This document shows positions 9,511-20,919 of a DNA stretch of 64,000 nt, in pieces. The number at the start of each line of letters is the position of its first letter. Position 1 is the first letter of the stretch. Under the pieces are notes generated by a model. That model was not told the origin of the DNA and did not search any database. It worked only from the letters and a program-made list of their open reading frames with translations. The translations under genes and the position numbers were made by a program. Source of the stretch: an uncultured delta proteobacterium (lineage in GTDB: Bacteria; Desulfobacterota; RBG-13-43-22). The DNA lies in contig CAWJJC010000005.1 of the NCBI GenBank assembly GCA_963843145.1, forward strand, positions 32,001-96,000, written 5' to 3'.

Positions 9511-11480
9511 ATGAACACTGAAACCAAACCGCTGTTATCCCCTGGGGCCATACTGAGTGACAAGTGGTTGATCATGGAGATGATAGGTAAGGGGGCCATG
9601 GGTGAAGTCTATCGGGCCCATCAAATGAACTTAAAGCGCGACGTGGCCATCAAGGTCATATCTGAAGAATGGCTGAAGACGGTTGAGGAGGAAACAGGCG
9701 GGAAGGAAAACCTCCTGCAACGTTTCCAGCGGGAATTTCAAGCCATGGCCCAGGTGCGTCACCCCAACATTCTCCAAATCTATGACTATGGTTCCGAATC
9801 CATCCTCAAAGATGGAAAAGAGGTCCCCCTCGATTACATCGTCATGGAATATATCCCCGGGGCAACGCTCCGTTTCACCCTGTCCGATGAAGGCTTTGAA
9901 CCCGACGAACAACTGATTAAAGACTGGCTGAAAGATTATTTTTCTCCGGTATTGGATGGAGTCCAGGCTATGCATGCGCTGGGGATCATCCACCGGGATC
10001 TCAAACCTGAAAATATCCTTTTAGATGGCCTAATTCCAAAAATTGCCGATTTTGGACTGGCCCGTTCGAACCGCCTGAGCCCTCTTTCTCAAACCGCCGA
10101 TGCCCAAGGTACTTTGACCTACATGCCCCCCGAACAATTTATCGACTTTAAACGGGTGGATCAACGGGGTGATATCTATTCCCTGGGGCGGATCTTGTAT
10201 GAGGCCATTTCCGGGAGGATTTCCCAGGGAACCGTCCCCTTTAAACAGGTCAAGCTGACAAATCCCGGCTCCCCGTTTCTCCAGGAGTTGGACCGGATCA
10301 TCCAGTGGGCTACGGCCGAGGATCGGGACCAGCGACTGGAAACGGTTGAAAAAATGCGGTCCTTGCTTTGGGAAGCGATTCGGATTTTGGAGGCAGAAAA
10401 TAAGCCGAATTCCCAGCTCGCCTCCCCACTTTCCAGGTGGAACCGGCCTAAATGGATTTGGACGGGTATTTCCGCGGCCGTTTTCAGCGTACTCTTCATG
10501 ACCCTCTGGCACTTCTGGGGAGACCCTGGCCAGTCGCTGGTTTTTTGGAAAAAGGGGCCACAGACCGGGCACGAACTATCCCAGCCAAGCACCAGTAGGC
10601 CGGCTTCATCCTCAGCGAGGACCTTAAAAGACCTGCCGCCCTCCATGATGGGGGAGGACGGCTCAAACATGCTTTTACTTCCGGGGGGAGACTTTCAGGT
10701 AACCCCGGTGGACGGGAACAATCCCGGCAGAAAAGTTCACCTAGCTCCCTTTTATATGGACAAAAACAAGGTAAGCACTGAAAAATATGCCGATTTTTTA
10801 AATGAGGTCAAGGATAGCCTGGTAGTCGACCAGGGCGTGGTAAAAAATAATGGTCAGATCTGGTTTCTCATGGGTGAAGGCACGGAACCCTATGAACACA
10901 TCATCCATCGACACGGCCGTTTCCATTTAAAAGATCCGCAAGCGGCCGGGCAACCCGTCGTTCGAGTGACCTGGTATGGGGCTTTGGCCTATGCCCGTCA
11001 TTTTCATAAGCAACTCCCGACCGAGGACCAATGGATATTTGCGGCTTATCATGGACGATTTTTAGCGGAAGGTGCTGGGGAAGGCCAGAAGGCCGGTCCC
11101 AACCCTGCTAACCCGGGGACCGCAGCAGGTTTTAGCGGGCACATGTCCCACATGGACTATTCCGTGGAAGAACCCCCCGAAGGAAAATTCTGGATAAGTC
11201 AAAAACCGCCGAAACGCCTATCCTAAAAAATCCGGTCTTCCCCCAAGATATGGGCGGGGAGATAAAAGAATGGGCCGTGCGGAGTAACCCTCTTAACGCT
11301 TTGTCCACCAATACAAAGGGGACCGCCAATCAAGTCTCTTATGAAAGTATCATTCTTGGAAAACCGTCCCTTCTTGGAAAGTCAAAAATACGTTCCGAGT
11401 TAATCAGTAACCGTTATCCCTGGGAGGGATTTCCGAAGGTAGGTTTCCGTTGTCTCATTGAAGTCCGAGGTATCAACTAG
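9511..11480 (+). CDS. Hanks-type Ser/Thr kinase - TM - FGE/SUMF1-like domain fusion (frameshift near 11170-11220)
   Basis: GKGAMG, VAIK, HRDLKPEN, DFG, YMPPEQ, then a TM helix and PVVRVTWYGALAYA..LPTEDQW. The shifted frame continues DMGGEIKEW...VGFRC to the stop at 11480. Confidence 0.8.
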
Positions 11481-11489
11481 GAGCCCCCG

Positions 11490-13884
11490 ATGATATTGCC
11501 TACAGAGCGCACCCCCATGGCCGTTCTAGTCATCATTCTTATTCTCTTTGCCTCTTTGCCCGCCCGGGCAGCCACGGTTGAATACCAACTCACCATCGCC
11601 CGGGAGGAGGTCCAACTCACCGGCAAGCCGGTCCGGGCCATGACCATCAACGGGGTCATTCCCGGTCCGACCCTGCGTTTCCAGGAGGGTGATATCGCCC
11701 GCATTCACGTTCATAACCGGATGAACGTGGATACCTCCGTCCACTGGCATGGGATCCTCGTGCCCCCCGATATGGACGGCGTACCCTACATCAGCTTTCC
11801 GCCCATCCAGCCCGGCGCCACCTTTACCTATGAATTTCCTATTCGCCAGAGCGGGACCTATTGGTACCACTCCCACACCAACCTGCAGGAGCAAAGCGGC
11901 GTGTACGGCCCCATCGTCATCGAGCCCCGTTCGAAAGGTCCCCGGGCTGACCGTGACCATGTGGTCCTGTTCTCCGATTGGACCGATGAAGATCCCCACC
12001 AAGTGAATCGAACCCTCAAGCGCGGCAGTGAATGGTACGCGATCCAAAAAGGCAGCGGCCAGAGCATCCTGGGCGCCGCCCGCCTGGGTCTGCTCGGAGA
12101 CTACTTCCGGCGGGAACTCCAGCGTATGCCGGCCATGGACCTTGCCGACGTGGCCTACGACCGTTTCCTGGCCAACGGCCGGCCGGAGACCTTCCTTTCG
12201 GCCAAACCCGGCGAAACCGTGCGGCTGCGCGTTATAGACGGCTCGGCCACCACCTATTTCCACCTGGAATTCGCCGGCGGCCCGATGACCATCATCGCCG
12301 CGGACGGCCAGGACGTGGAACCGGTTCACCAGAACCGTTTTCTCATTGGCGTGGCTGAAGTCTACGATCTACTCGTCAAGGTCCCTACATCCGGGGCCTA
12401 TGAATTCCGGGCCACGGCCCACGACGGCTCGGGCTACGCCTCGGTCTGGATAGGTGACGGGGATCGCCACCCGGCCCCCGCCGTCCCCAAACCGAACCTC
12501 TACCACACCATGGGCGATATCAGCCTGAAACAGATCTTCGCCCTGACCCCCTCCGGCACGATGGGCATGCCCGATAATCGGGTGCAAGCCGGCCATTTCG
12601 ACCGGCCCGGGATGATGGGGATGGGCTCCATGGCTGGGGGCGCCGGGGCCGGGATGGAAAGTCAGGGCCAGGGGTCAGGCCCTCCCCGATGAAGATGGAG
12701 GCGGGGATCATCCAGCGGATGCGGGTGGGATCCCCTCCGAGGGTAATAAACCGATGAGCCATCCTGCCTCTCCCGTCGGCGGGATGGGACCCGGCGGCCC
12801 CGCCCAACCGATGACTCCCCCGGCTTCACGGATTGGAAATCAATACGGTACTGACTTTGGCTTCCTGGCCGCCGACGTTTCCTCTTCCCCCAACCTCGCC
12901 GTTGACGGAACGGATCCCCGGCGCCCCTGGCCGCCCTACGCCAGACTGCGGGCCACCCGGCCTACCGCTTTTACCAAGGATCACCCCGTCCGTGACATCC
13001 GCCTTACCCTGGACGGAGACATGGAGCGCTATGTCTGGTTTCTCAATAACCGGGCTCTTTCAGAAAGCGACTCGATCCGCATTCGCCAGGGCGAGGTCGT
13101 CCGGTTCATCATGATCAACCGGACCATGATGCACCACCCGATGCACCTCCACGGACACTTCTTCCGGGTCGTCAACGGTCAGGGCGACTACGCCCCGCTT
13201 AAACATACCGTCGACGTGGCCCCCATGTCCACCACGGTCATCGAATTCCTGGCCGACGAGGTCGGCGACTGGTTCTTCCACTGCCACCTGCTCTACCATA
13301 TGAAAAACGGGATGGCCCGGCTTGTGCATTACGAGGATTTCACCCTCTCACCGCTGCTCAACGCCATCCGACCCAACCTCTATCAGGATACCTGGTATTT
13401 CCAGGGTCAGGCTGATGCCCTCAGCAATATGACGGAGGGCTTCTTGATGCTTTCCAATACCCGCAACCTCCTGACGGCCGGCTGGAAGGTGGGCTGGCCC
13501 CACCGAAAAGAAACCGACTGGGAAGGCCTTTTTACCTGGGATCGCTACCTGAATCGCTTTCTCACCGTTTTTGTCGGCGCTGATTTGTTGGGGACCGGCC
13601 ATGAATCCACGGATACCCGGGCTGTGTTGGGCCTTCGCTACCTGCTGCCGCTCAATCTGGAATCCCGCGCCTGGCTGGATTCCGAGGGCGGAGTACGGAT
13701 CAATTTGGGAAAATCCTTTAGACTGACGCCTCGACTGAATCTATTCGGCGAGGCCCAGTACGACACCCATGACCTCTGGGAAGGCCGCGTGAGTCTGTCT
13801 TACCTGCTCAACCGGGACATTTCCCTCGTCGCCCAATGGCACTCCGATTATGGCTTCGGCGGCGGGTTGCGATTCCGATTTTAA
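11490..13884 (+). CDS. CopA-family multicopper oxidase with C-terminal beta-barrel-like domain (frameshift near 12680-12750)
   Basis: HWHG, YWYHSH, HHPMHLHGH and WFFHCHLLYHM copper motifs are split over ORFs 11490-12692 and 12754-13884; Met/Gly-rich linker; ends GLRFRF. Confidence 0.85.
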
Positions 13885-14078
13885 GTAACGCCCTTTAATT
13901 GGTGCAAATCGTGAAAGAGCTCTGGGGGAAAATAGGGTGAATACTCCCCCATTTTTCCAAAGATAGTGCGCTTTTCATCCAAAAATACAGTCTATACCTT
14001 ATTGACTTTTTATGTTGCGGATCTTAACTTTTGGAAGTTAAAAGGGAAAATTTTTCTTGAAAGGCTGGGCGGGGTATA

Positions 14079-14699
14079 ATGATGATGACAAAGGTGCGAT
14101 TCCTGATGGTATTGGTCATACTGGCCGTAGTTTCCTCAACGAATGCTCAACAGAATCCTGTCACGTCCAAAGGTCTGATCGTGGGGGGTCACCCTAACGC
14201 TCCCATACGAATGGAGGTCTTCTCCTGCTATCAGTGTCCCCCTTGTCGCGAATTTTATCTGGAGACTATTCGGCCATTATTGAAAGAGTATGCCCGAACC
14301 AATAAGGTCTGCGTCATCTATTATGAATTCCCTTTAAAGATCCACCATTACGCCCGCGACAGTGCTCGGTATGCTGTTGCGGCTTCCCGTCTAGGTCAGG
14401 ATTATTGGCAACGGGTAAGTGAAGCGTTGTACACTAAGCAATCCCAGTGGGCGACAGATGGGAAAGTGGAGGCGGTAGTGGCCGAGGTCCTCACGCCGGA
14501 GGAGATGGCCAAGGTCAAAGAATTCTTAAAAGACCCCTCGATAGAACAAAGCATTGATCAGGATATTGCCGTTGGATATGAGCGGAAGATTCAAGGCACC
14601 CCGACGTTTTTTCTTTATGCCAAAGGGCGGGAGGAGAAGGTTTTTGGGAGAGTTTCCTACCCCGTTTTGAAAGATCGTCTGGACCAACTATTAAAGTAA
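14079..14699 (+). CDS. DsbA-family thioredoxin-like protein
   Basis: Signal peptide, CPPC, EFPL, GTPTFF. Confidence 0.8.
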   Translation: MMMTKVRFLMVLVILAVVSSTNAQQNPVTSKGLIVGGHPNAPIRMEVFSCYQCPPCREFYLETIRPLLKEYARTNKVCVIYYEFPLKIHHYARDSARYAVAASRLGQDYWQRVSEALYTKQSQWATDGKVEAVVAEVLTPEEMAKVKEFLKDPSIEQSIDQDIAVGYERKIQGTPTFFLYAKGREEKVFGRVSYPVLKDRLDQLLK

Positions 14700-14704
14700 G
14701 GACG

Positions 14705-15214
14705 ATGCTCCCGCGCCTCCTGCATTGGGCCTGCCGGATTTTCTTGGCGGTGATCTTTATCTATGCCGGCTACACGAAATTAGAAAATCCCCTCCAGTTT
14801 GCAGCCGCTGCCGAAGGGTATCAATTGTTATCTCCCGGTTCAGTGGTCTGGGTGGTGAAGATCCTTCCCTGGGTGGAGATCCTTTTGGGAGCAACCCTGC
14901 TATCAGGCCTCTGGATTCGGTACACCGCCGGCTTTGCCGCCATTTTTCTGGCCTTTTTCATCGGGGTCATGTTCGTGACCTTTCTCCGCGGCATTGAAGC
15001 CGATTGCGGCTGCTTCGGCGTAGGAGAACGGATTTCACCTTTCACCTTAGCCCGGGACACACTTTTCATTCTACCGGCCCTTTTCCTGGTTATCCAACCC
15101 TGGCTGGAATCGCGAGGATGGTTTCCTAAATCGGGCCAGGTAAATGAACTGGTTGCTCTCAGGGCGCCAATTGACACTCCTTCATTGATGGTCTTTCAAT
15201 TGAAAATCTGCTAA
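14705..15214 (+). CDS. MauE/DoxX-family membrane protein
   Basis: RIFLAVIFIYAGYTK, LPWVEILLG, DCGCFG. Confidence 0.8.
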   Translation: MLPRLLHWACRIFLAVIFIYAGYTKLENPLQFAAAAEGYQLLSPGSVVWVVKILPWVEILLGATLLSGLWIRYTAGFAAIFLAFFIGVMFVTFLRGIEADCGCFGVGERISPFTLARDTLFILPALFLVIQPWLESRGWFPKSGQVNELVALRAPIDTPSLMVFQLKIC

Positions 15215-15346
15215 AGCTCGCCGACCTCTTTTAAAGAGACCAGATAATCCGCTTCAGTAATGCTCCACGGATCCGAGCTAAATCTCAAAGGTGGAGTCTG
15301 AAGAAAAGAAAAAGGATTTAGGTTGAGAAGAATCTTGCAAAGGTTA

Positions 15347-15376
15347 AACGACAGCCACATCTCCGCGGCTGTCGTT
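15347..15376. terminator. hairpin between convergent genes
   Basis: aacgacagcc-10 nt-ggctgtcgtt. Confidence 0.45.
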
Positions 15377-15402
15377 AACGTCACTTTGATTAAAGAGAAC
15401 TA

Positions 15403-15948
15403 TTATCGACAATTAGCCGGGGCCTTGGAATAAATCTTCTGCTGCAGGTCCCATATTTCCTTTTCAAGTTTAGCCCCTGCCTCGGGGGTGGTCTTGGGAT
15501 TGCGCATGGCTTCAAAATATTCAAATCGTTTGGTGTGCAGTTCTTTTCTCAAGCCGGCCGACTCATCAAAATATTTTTGGCATTCCGCATTAGGCTGATA
15601 GCCTTGTTGCCCTCCCCAGCCCGGACCCATCATGCCGTAACCGTGGCCCCTCCAGCCGGGCCCCATCATGCCGTAACCACCGCCATAACCCGGTCCCATC
15701 ATGCCAGGACCCATGCCGTAACCACCGCCATAGCCGGGCCCCATCATTCCGGGACCCATGCCATAACCACCGCCATAACCCGGTCCCATCATGCCAGGAC
15801 CCATGCCATAACCACCGCCATAACCCGGCCCCATCATTCCGGGACCCATGCCATAATAGCCCCCACCCCCTATACCCGGTTGGGCATAGGCAAAGGCGGC
15901 AAAAACCAGTAAAGAAGCCAGGGAAATTCCTAAAAATAATTTTTTCAT
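15403..15948 (-). CDS. secreted Gly/Met/Tyr-repeat protein with ZraP/Spy-like C-terminal helices
   Basis: GGAGG RBS, signal peptide ending AYA, (GMGPGMMGPGYGGGY)x4 plus degenerate copies, then QKYFDESAGLRKELHTKRFE. Confidence 0.7.
   Translation of the reverse strand: MKKLFLGISLASLLVFAAFAYAQPGIGGGGYYGMGPGMMGPGYGGGYGMGPGMMGPGYGGGYGMGPGMMGPGYGGGYGMGPGMMGPGYGGGYGMMGPGWRGHGYGMMGPGWGGQQGYQPNAECQKYFDESAGLRKELHTKRFEYFEAMRNPKTTPEAGAKLEKEIWDLQQKIYSKAPANCR
15628..15860 (-). repeat. 45-nt coding tandem repeat
   Basis: Repeated cccatcat...ggacccatgcc..aaccaccgcca units, seen directly. Confidence 0.85.
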
Positions 15949-16166
15949 AAAGACGCCTCCTAAAAATTTATTTTGATAGAACAATAATAAACATAATAAC
16001 CCCTGGAATCAATACTAGGAAACTTGTATTTTTAACAAAAAAATTAATTACTTTATAACTACCGCAAGTTTATTCCCATCCGAACCGGAAGGCGGGCGAT
16101 TTATTTGTCTCAACTCGTTTCCTTTATTGTTAACTGTCCCTTTATTATATTTACACGAAATTTCTC

Positions 16167-16250
16167 GCCATCCCCGAATGTCTTTATCGGGGATCCAGAG
16201 TTTCCTGAGAAAAACCTGTATTCCCGCTCAGAAGCACTGCGGGAATGACG
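16167..16250. repeat. double-hairpin palindromic element (ATTCCCG...CGGGAATGAC type)
   Basis: atccccga..tcggggat plus attcccgc..gcgggaatgac; a related half-site occurs at about 39783-39815. Confidence 0.5.
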
Positions 16251-16278
16251 CTCTACGATGTTGCTACTAATTTTAGAC

Positions 16279-16442
16279 TGTATAAAAATTATTCACCAAT
16301 TATTTCTTTTGAAGGATTAGGTGTAAAAAAAATATGCAGCCACCTCCTTCTCTAGGAATATCTGCTTCTCGAATTAGATACATAAATACAATAATATTAA
16401 TAAGTTATTAATTATTGGGCCTCCACTGGACCAGATGTTGCA
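16279..16442 (+). promoter_or_regulatory. sigma54 promoter with paired upstream activator sites
   Basis: TGGACCAGATGTTGCA (GG-N10-GC) at 16427-16442; 17-bp sites TGTATAAAAATTATTCA (16279) and TGTAAAAAAAATATGCA (16322). Confidence 0.6.
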
Positions 16443-16486
16443 GTAGACAGCAGATAGGAGTAAAACAAATTTTAAGGAGGCTGGTT

Positions 16487-16951
16487 ATGAAAAAACTATT
16501 GTTGCTTATGATTTTGGCGTTGGGAGTCGGTGTGGCTGGTTTTGTCTCGGCAGGATCTTGGGGAAACGGGATGGGCTCTGGTGGTTATGGTTATGGTATG
16601 GGCCCTGGCATGATGGGATCAGGCTTTGGGGGCAATATGATGGGTTCCGGGTACGGAAATAACCGGGGCTATATGATGGGATCCGATTATGGAAACAACG
16701 GGAATCGTGGATATGGAATGCCCTATGACAATGGCAATAATTACGGAGCCCATGAAAGTGGAAACCCAATAACCCAACAGGAGGCCAAGGCCTTTGTAGC
16801 AAACTACATCGGCGGAAACCCCAATCTGAAATCAGGAAAGATTAAGGACAGAACCACTTATTTTGAAACAGAGATCTTAACCAAGGATAATTCTTTGGTC
16901 TCCAAACTGGCTATCGACAAAAGAACCGGTGCCGTTCGCCAACTGCAGTAA
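16487..16951 (+). CDS. secreted Gly/Met-rich protein with PepSY-like C-terminus
   Basis: AAGGAGG RBS, signal peptide, YGMGPGMMGSG repeats, ITQQEAK...YFETEI...AIDKRTG. Confidence 0.7.
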   Translation: MKKLLLLMILALGVGVAGFVSAGSWGNGMGSGGYGYGMGPGMMGSGFGGNMMGSGYGNNRGYMMGSDYGNNGNRGYGMPYDNGNNYGAHESGNPITQQEAKAFVANYIGGNPNLKSGKIKDRTTYFETEILTKDNSLVSKLAIDKRTGAVRQLQ

Positions 16952-16975
16952 GGTTACCAATACCAAACCCTACCT

Positions 16976-17006
16976 TGAGGCCGGGAGGACCCGGCCTCAT
17001 TTTATT
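16976..17006 (+). terminator. Rho-independent terminator
   Basis: tgaggccggg-agga-cccggcctca followed by ttttatt. Confidence 0.7.
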
Positions 17007-17180
17007 ATGCTGCCCGAAAGAGAATGGTATGGCTTTATTTTTAATTTAAACGGCTTAAACTGATTTAATGAACAGTTTCCGAGAAAAAAAACTGAACGCT
17101 GATAGGAATTGTTTCTTGTTCTTCCCTTAATTTCCTCTCCAACTGTCCGAACGACTTCAAAAAGTCAAAGGAGGACTTCG

Positions 17181-19538
17181 ATGCCAAATCAAAACCCGAG
17201 CCGGGATCCGGTTTGCGGGATGGATGTTTCCAGCGACACGTCATTTCGGACCCGCTATAAAAACCGCGAGTTCCTGTTCTGCTCGGCCGGCTGTCTGGAA
17301 GCCTTCAGAAACGAACCGGAAAAATATTTCGGCGCGGCGGAAGAACCGACCGACCCTAAAGCCTGCCCGTCCTGTGAAGTGCCCGGCCCCCTGCCCCTGG
17401 TTTCGGGGACCGGTACACCGACGGAATGGACCTGTCCCATGCATCCGGAAATCATCCAGGATCATCCGGGGGCCTGCCCCAAGTGCGGCATGGCGCTGGA
17501 GCCTCGGGTAGCGACCCTGGGGGAGGAGGAAAATCAGGAACTGAAGAACATGACCCGGCGGTTCTGGATCGGCCTGGCCCTGACCATTCCGGTTTTTCTG
17601 GCGGCGATGGGGCATATTATCCCGGGCCGGCCCCTGGAGAGGTTGGCCTCCCGGCCCGCCTGGGCCTGGGTGGAACTGATTTTTTCCACACCCGTGGTCC
17701 TCTGGGCCGGATGGCCGCTTTTGGTCAGGGGCTACCGCTCCCTCATCCAACGCAGCTTGAATATGTTCACCCTGATCGGATTGGGAGTATCCGTGTCCTA
17801 TCTCTATAGCCTGGTCGCCAAGCTGTTTCCCGTCCTTTTTCCTCCCTCCTTTCACGGCGAGCACGGAGAGGTGGCCGTATATTTCGAGGCGGCAGCGGTC
17901 ATTGTCACCCTGGTGCTCCTCGGTCAGGTATTGGAGTTGAAGGCCCGGGGGCAAACCAGCGCCGCCATCAAGGCCCTGCTGGGCCTGGCGCCTAAGACGG
18001 CCCGGCGCCTCCAGGAAGACGGCAACGAGGAGGATGTACCTCTGGATCAGGTTCAAGTGGGTGACCGTCTCCGGGTGCGGCCCGGGGAAAAAATTCCGGT
18101 CGACGGAATGGTCCTGGAAGGAAAAACCTCCGTCGATGAATCCATGGTGACCGGCGAACCCATCCCGGTGGAGAAGGAATCCGGCGGCCGTCTGATCGGG
18201 GCTACGATCAACGGCACCGGCGCACTGATCATGAAAGCCGAACGGGTCGGTTCCGAAACCATGTTGGCCCGGATCATCCAAATGGTATCGCGGAGGCCCA
18301 ACGCAGCCGGGCGCCCATCCAAAAACTGGCCGATCGCCTCAGCTCCTATTTCGTTCCCGGCGTAATTCTGGCCGCGATCATTACCTTTGTTGTTTGGGCG
18401 ATGGTTTGGACCCAGTCCCCCCATGGCCTATGCCTTGATCAACGCTGTGGCCGTGCTGATGATCGCCTGTCCCTGCGCCCTGGGTCTGGCCACCCCGATC
18501 TCCATCATGGTCGCCACCGGCCGGGGGGCGACCGGCGGGGTACTCTTTAGAAACGCCGAGGCCATCGAAGTAATGCGCCAGGTGGACACCCTGGTGGTTG
18601 ACAAGACCGGAACCCTGACGGAGGGAAAACCCCGATTGATTTCCGTGACGGCCGTCGAAGGTACGGAAGAGAACGACCTCCTCCGTCTGGCGGCCACCCT
18701 GGAAAAGGGGAGCGAACATCCCCTGGCCGCAGCCATCACGGAAGGTGCCGAGAAACGGGGAATCCATCTTTCGGAAGCCGGTTCCTTTGAATACCACACC
18801 GGCAAGGGGATCACCGGCCGGGTGGAAGGCCGGCTGGTGGCCCTGGGCAACCGAAAATTAATGGAGGACCTAAAAATAGACCTCAGCGATTGGGGCACCC
18901 GGGCCGAATCCCTGCGCCGGGAAGGGCAGACGGTCATGTTCGTGGCGGCCGAGGGGAAAGCGGCCGGCCTTTTGGGCGTAGCCGATCCCATCAAAGAATC
19001 CACCGCCGAAGCGCTCCAGAGCTTGCATGCCGAAGGGCTGAGGGTGGTCATGCTGACCGGGGACAGTAAAACCACCGCCGAAGCCGTGGCCGGAAAATTG
19101 AAACTCGACGAGGTCATTCCGGAGGTCCTCCCCCAGGAAAAGGCCGAAACGATTAAAAAACTTCAGGGCCAGGGTCGAATTGTGGCCATGGCCGGTGACG
19201 GGATCAATGACGCGCCGGCCCTGGCTCAGGCCCAGGTGGGAATTGCCATGGGCACGGGAACGGACGTGGCCATGGAAAGCGCCGGCGTCACCCTGGTCAA
19301 GGGTGACCTCCGGGGTATTGTCAAGGCCCGCCGCCTCAGCCGGGCGACCATGAAAAACATCAAACAAAATCTGTTCTTTGCTTTGGTTTATAATGCCGTG
19401 GGAATTCCCCTGGCCGCCGGGCTCCTTTACCCTTATTTCGGCTTGCTGCTGAGCCCCATGCTCGCGGCAGCGGCCATGAGTTTCAGTTCCGTCTCGGTCA
19501 TCAGCAACGCCTTGCGGCTGCGTTCCGTTCGTTTGTGA
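17181..19538 (+). CDS. copA: Cu(I)-translocating P1B-type ATPase with YHS and HMBD domains (frameshift near 18290)
   Basis: DPVCGM/FCSAGC (YHS), [38 protein letters not shown] and MSFSS. Confidence 0.9.
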
Positions 19539-19592
19539 TAGGCGGGGTATCGCTAGCAATCGGGAAGTAATCTTACTTAAAAACTGCCGAAA

Positions 19593-20674
19593 ATGTCGGG
19601 CATGAATATGGATACAGAAGCCATTCAATTGAAATTGGTGGTCCCGAACAGAAAATTCAGGCACTATCCGGTGATCGGATTTCTTCTCGGGGGAATGGCC
19701 GGACTGATAGCCTTTCACCCTCTGTCCATGCTGGTCCGGGCCGCCCACGAAACCATCTATTTCGGAAAAGAGCTGGTGATCGGCCGGGCGCTGATCAGCA
19801 GTTTTCAGTTTTTCATGTGGCCCATGCTGCTGTTGAATACACTGCTGGGAATGGGCGTTGGCTTGATTTTAGGATTTATTCTCATGCGCCTCAAGCAAAA
19901 CCGCGCCCGGTTGGACCTTTTGAATCAGGAATTTCAGCTTCAGGTTGCCGCCTTGAGGCACCATTATAAAAGTCTGGTTATCGGCATCAGCGGTTTCAGC
20001 AGCCGCATCAAACAGCGGATCGAAAGGCTGGAAAAAAAATTCAGGGAGGCATCTCCCCAAGGGACGACAAATGAAGATCTGGTCATGGAAATACAAGGAT
20101 TGGCTTCCAATGTGGACATCCTCGAAAGGACTTCCCTTCGCCTGGCTTCCACCTTGCATCAGGAATTGTCTTTCTTAAAGGCCTTGTCCTCCGACTTCCA
20201 AAATCTCGAAAAGCATGACCTTCAACCCCTGCTGCTTCATTCCATCCGGGAACTGCTCGATATCCGTTACCCCGAGAAGCCCATTGAGATAGAAGTGAAC
20301 GGGCAAAGCCCAGACCACTGCTCGGGATCCTGGGTCTTTCCTTTTGAACCCTATGCGGTTGAGGTCATCCTGCAAAATATTTTGAACAATGCCCTGAAGC
20401 TCTCCGACCAAATCCGAGTGACTATCCGGGAGGAAGACCCCTGGTTCCAGGTCACTGTCCAGGATTCCGGACCGGGCCTGGATATTGGAAAGCTCCAAAA
20501 CGCCCTCATGTCCCCCCTGGAGAAAAAAGATTCCGCCAGTACCCATCTGGGTTTAAAGGTTTCTCTGCATCTGCTGGACAGGATGGGGGGAGACTCTGGG
20601 TTTTAAGCCAACCCGGCCGGGGGGCCTCATTCCAAATCGATTTTCCCAAAACCCCTCGTTTGGCAAAGGGATAG
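19593..20674 (+). CDS. membrane sensor histidine kinase (frameshift in the G-run at about 20585)
   Basis: Two TM segments, LRHHYK, ILQNILNNALK, DSGPG, HLGL. The shifted frame gives GRLWVLSQPGRGASFQIDFP to the stop at 20674. Confidence 0.7.
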
Positions 20675-20683
20675 CCGGATAAT

Positions 20684-20855
20684 AGAATAATATTTTTACA
20701 CCTCCTTTAATACTCAATCGAATATATGGATATTTTTTATGCACTAACTGGGCTTTTCAACTCGATTATATTTCATTTTGTTAGGATAATTTACAATATT
20801 TATTATAATATTATATGGTTATCAATATATACTACATTGTGGCACACCTCTTGCT
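20684..20855 (+). promoter_or_regulatory. sigma54 promoter with paired upstream activator sites
   Basis: Consensus TGGCACACCTCTTGCT at 20840-20855; 17-bp sites AGAATAATATTTTTACA (20684) and TGGATATTTTTTATGCA (20727). Confidence 0.75.
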
Positions 20856-20919
20856 TATTAAATGAAATACCAGCTTTTATTTCTTATAAATTTTCTGATC
20901 GTCTGACCAGGAGGCGGAT

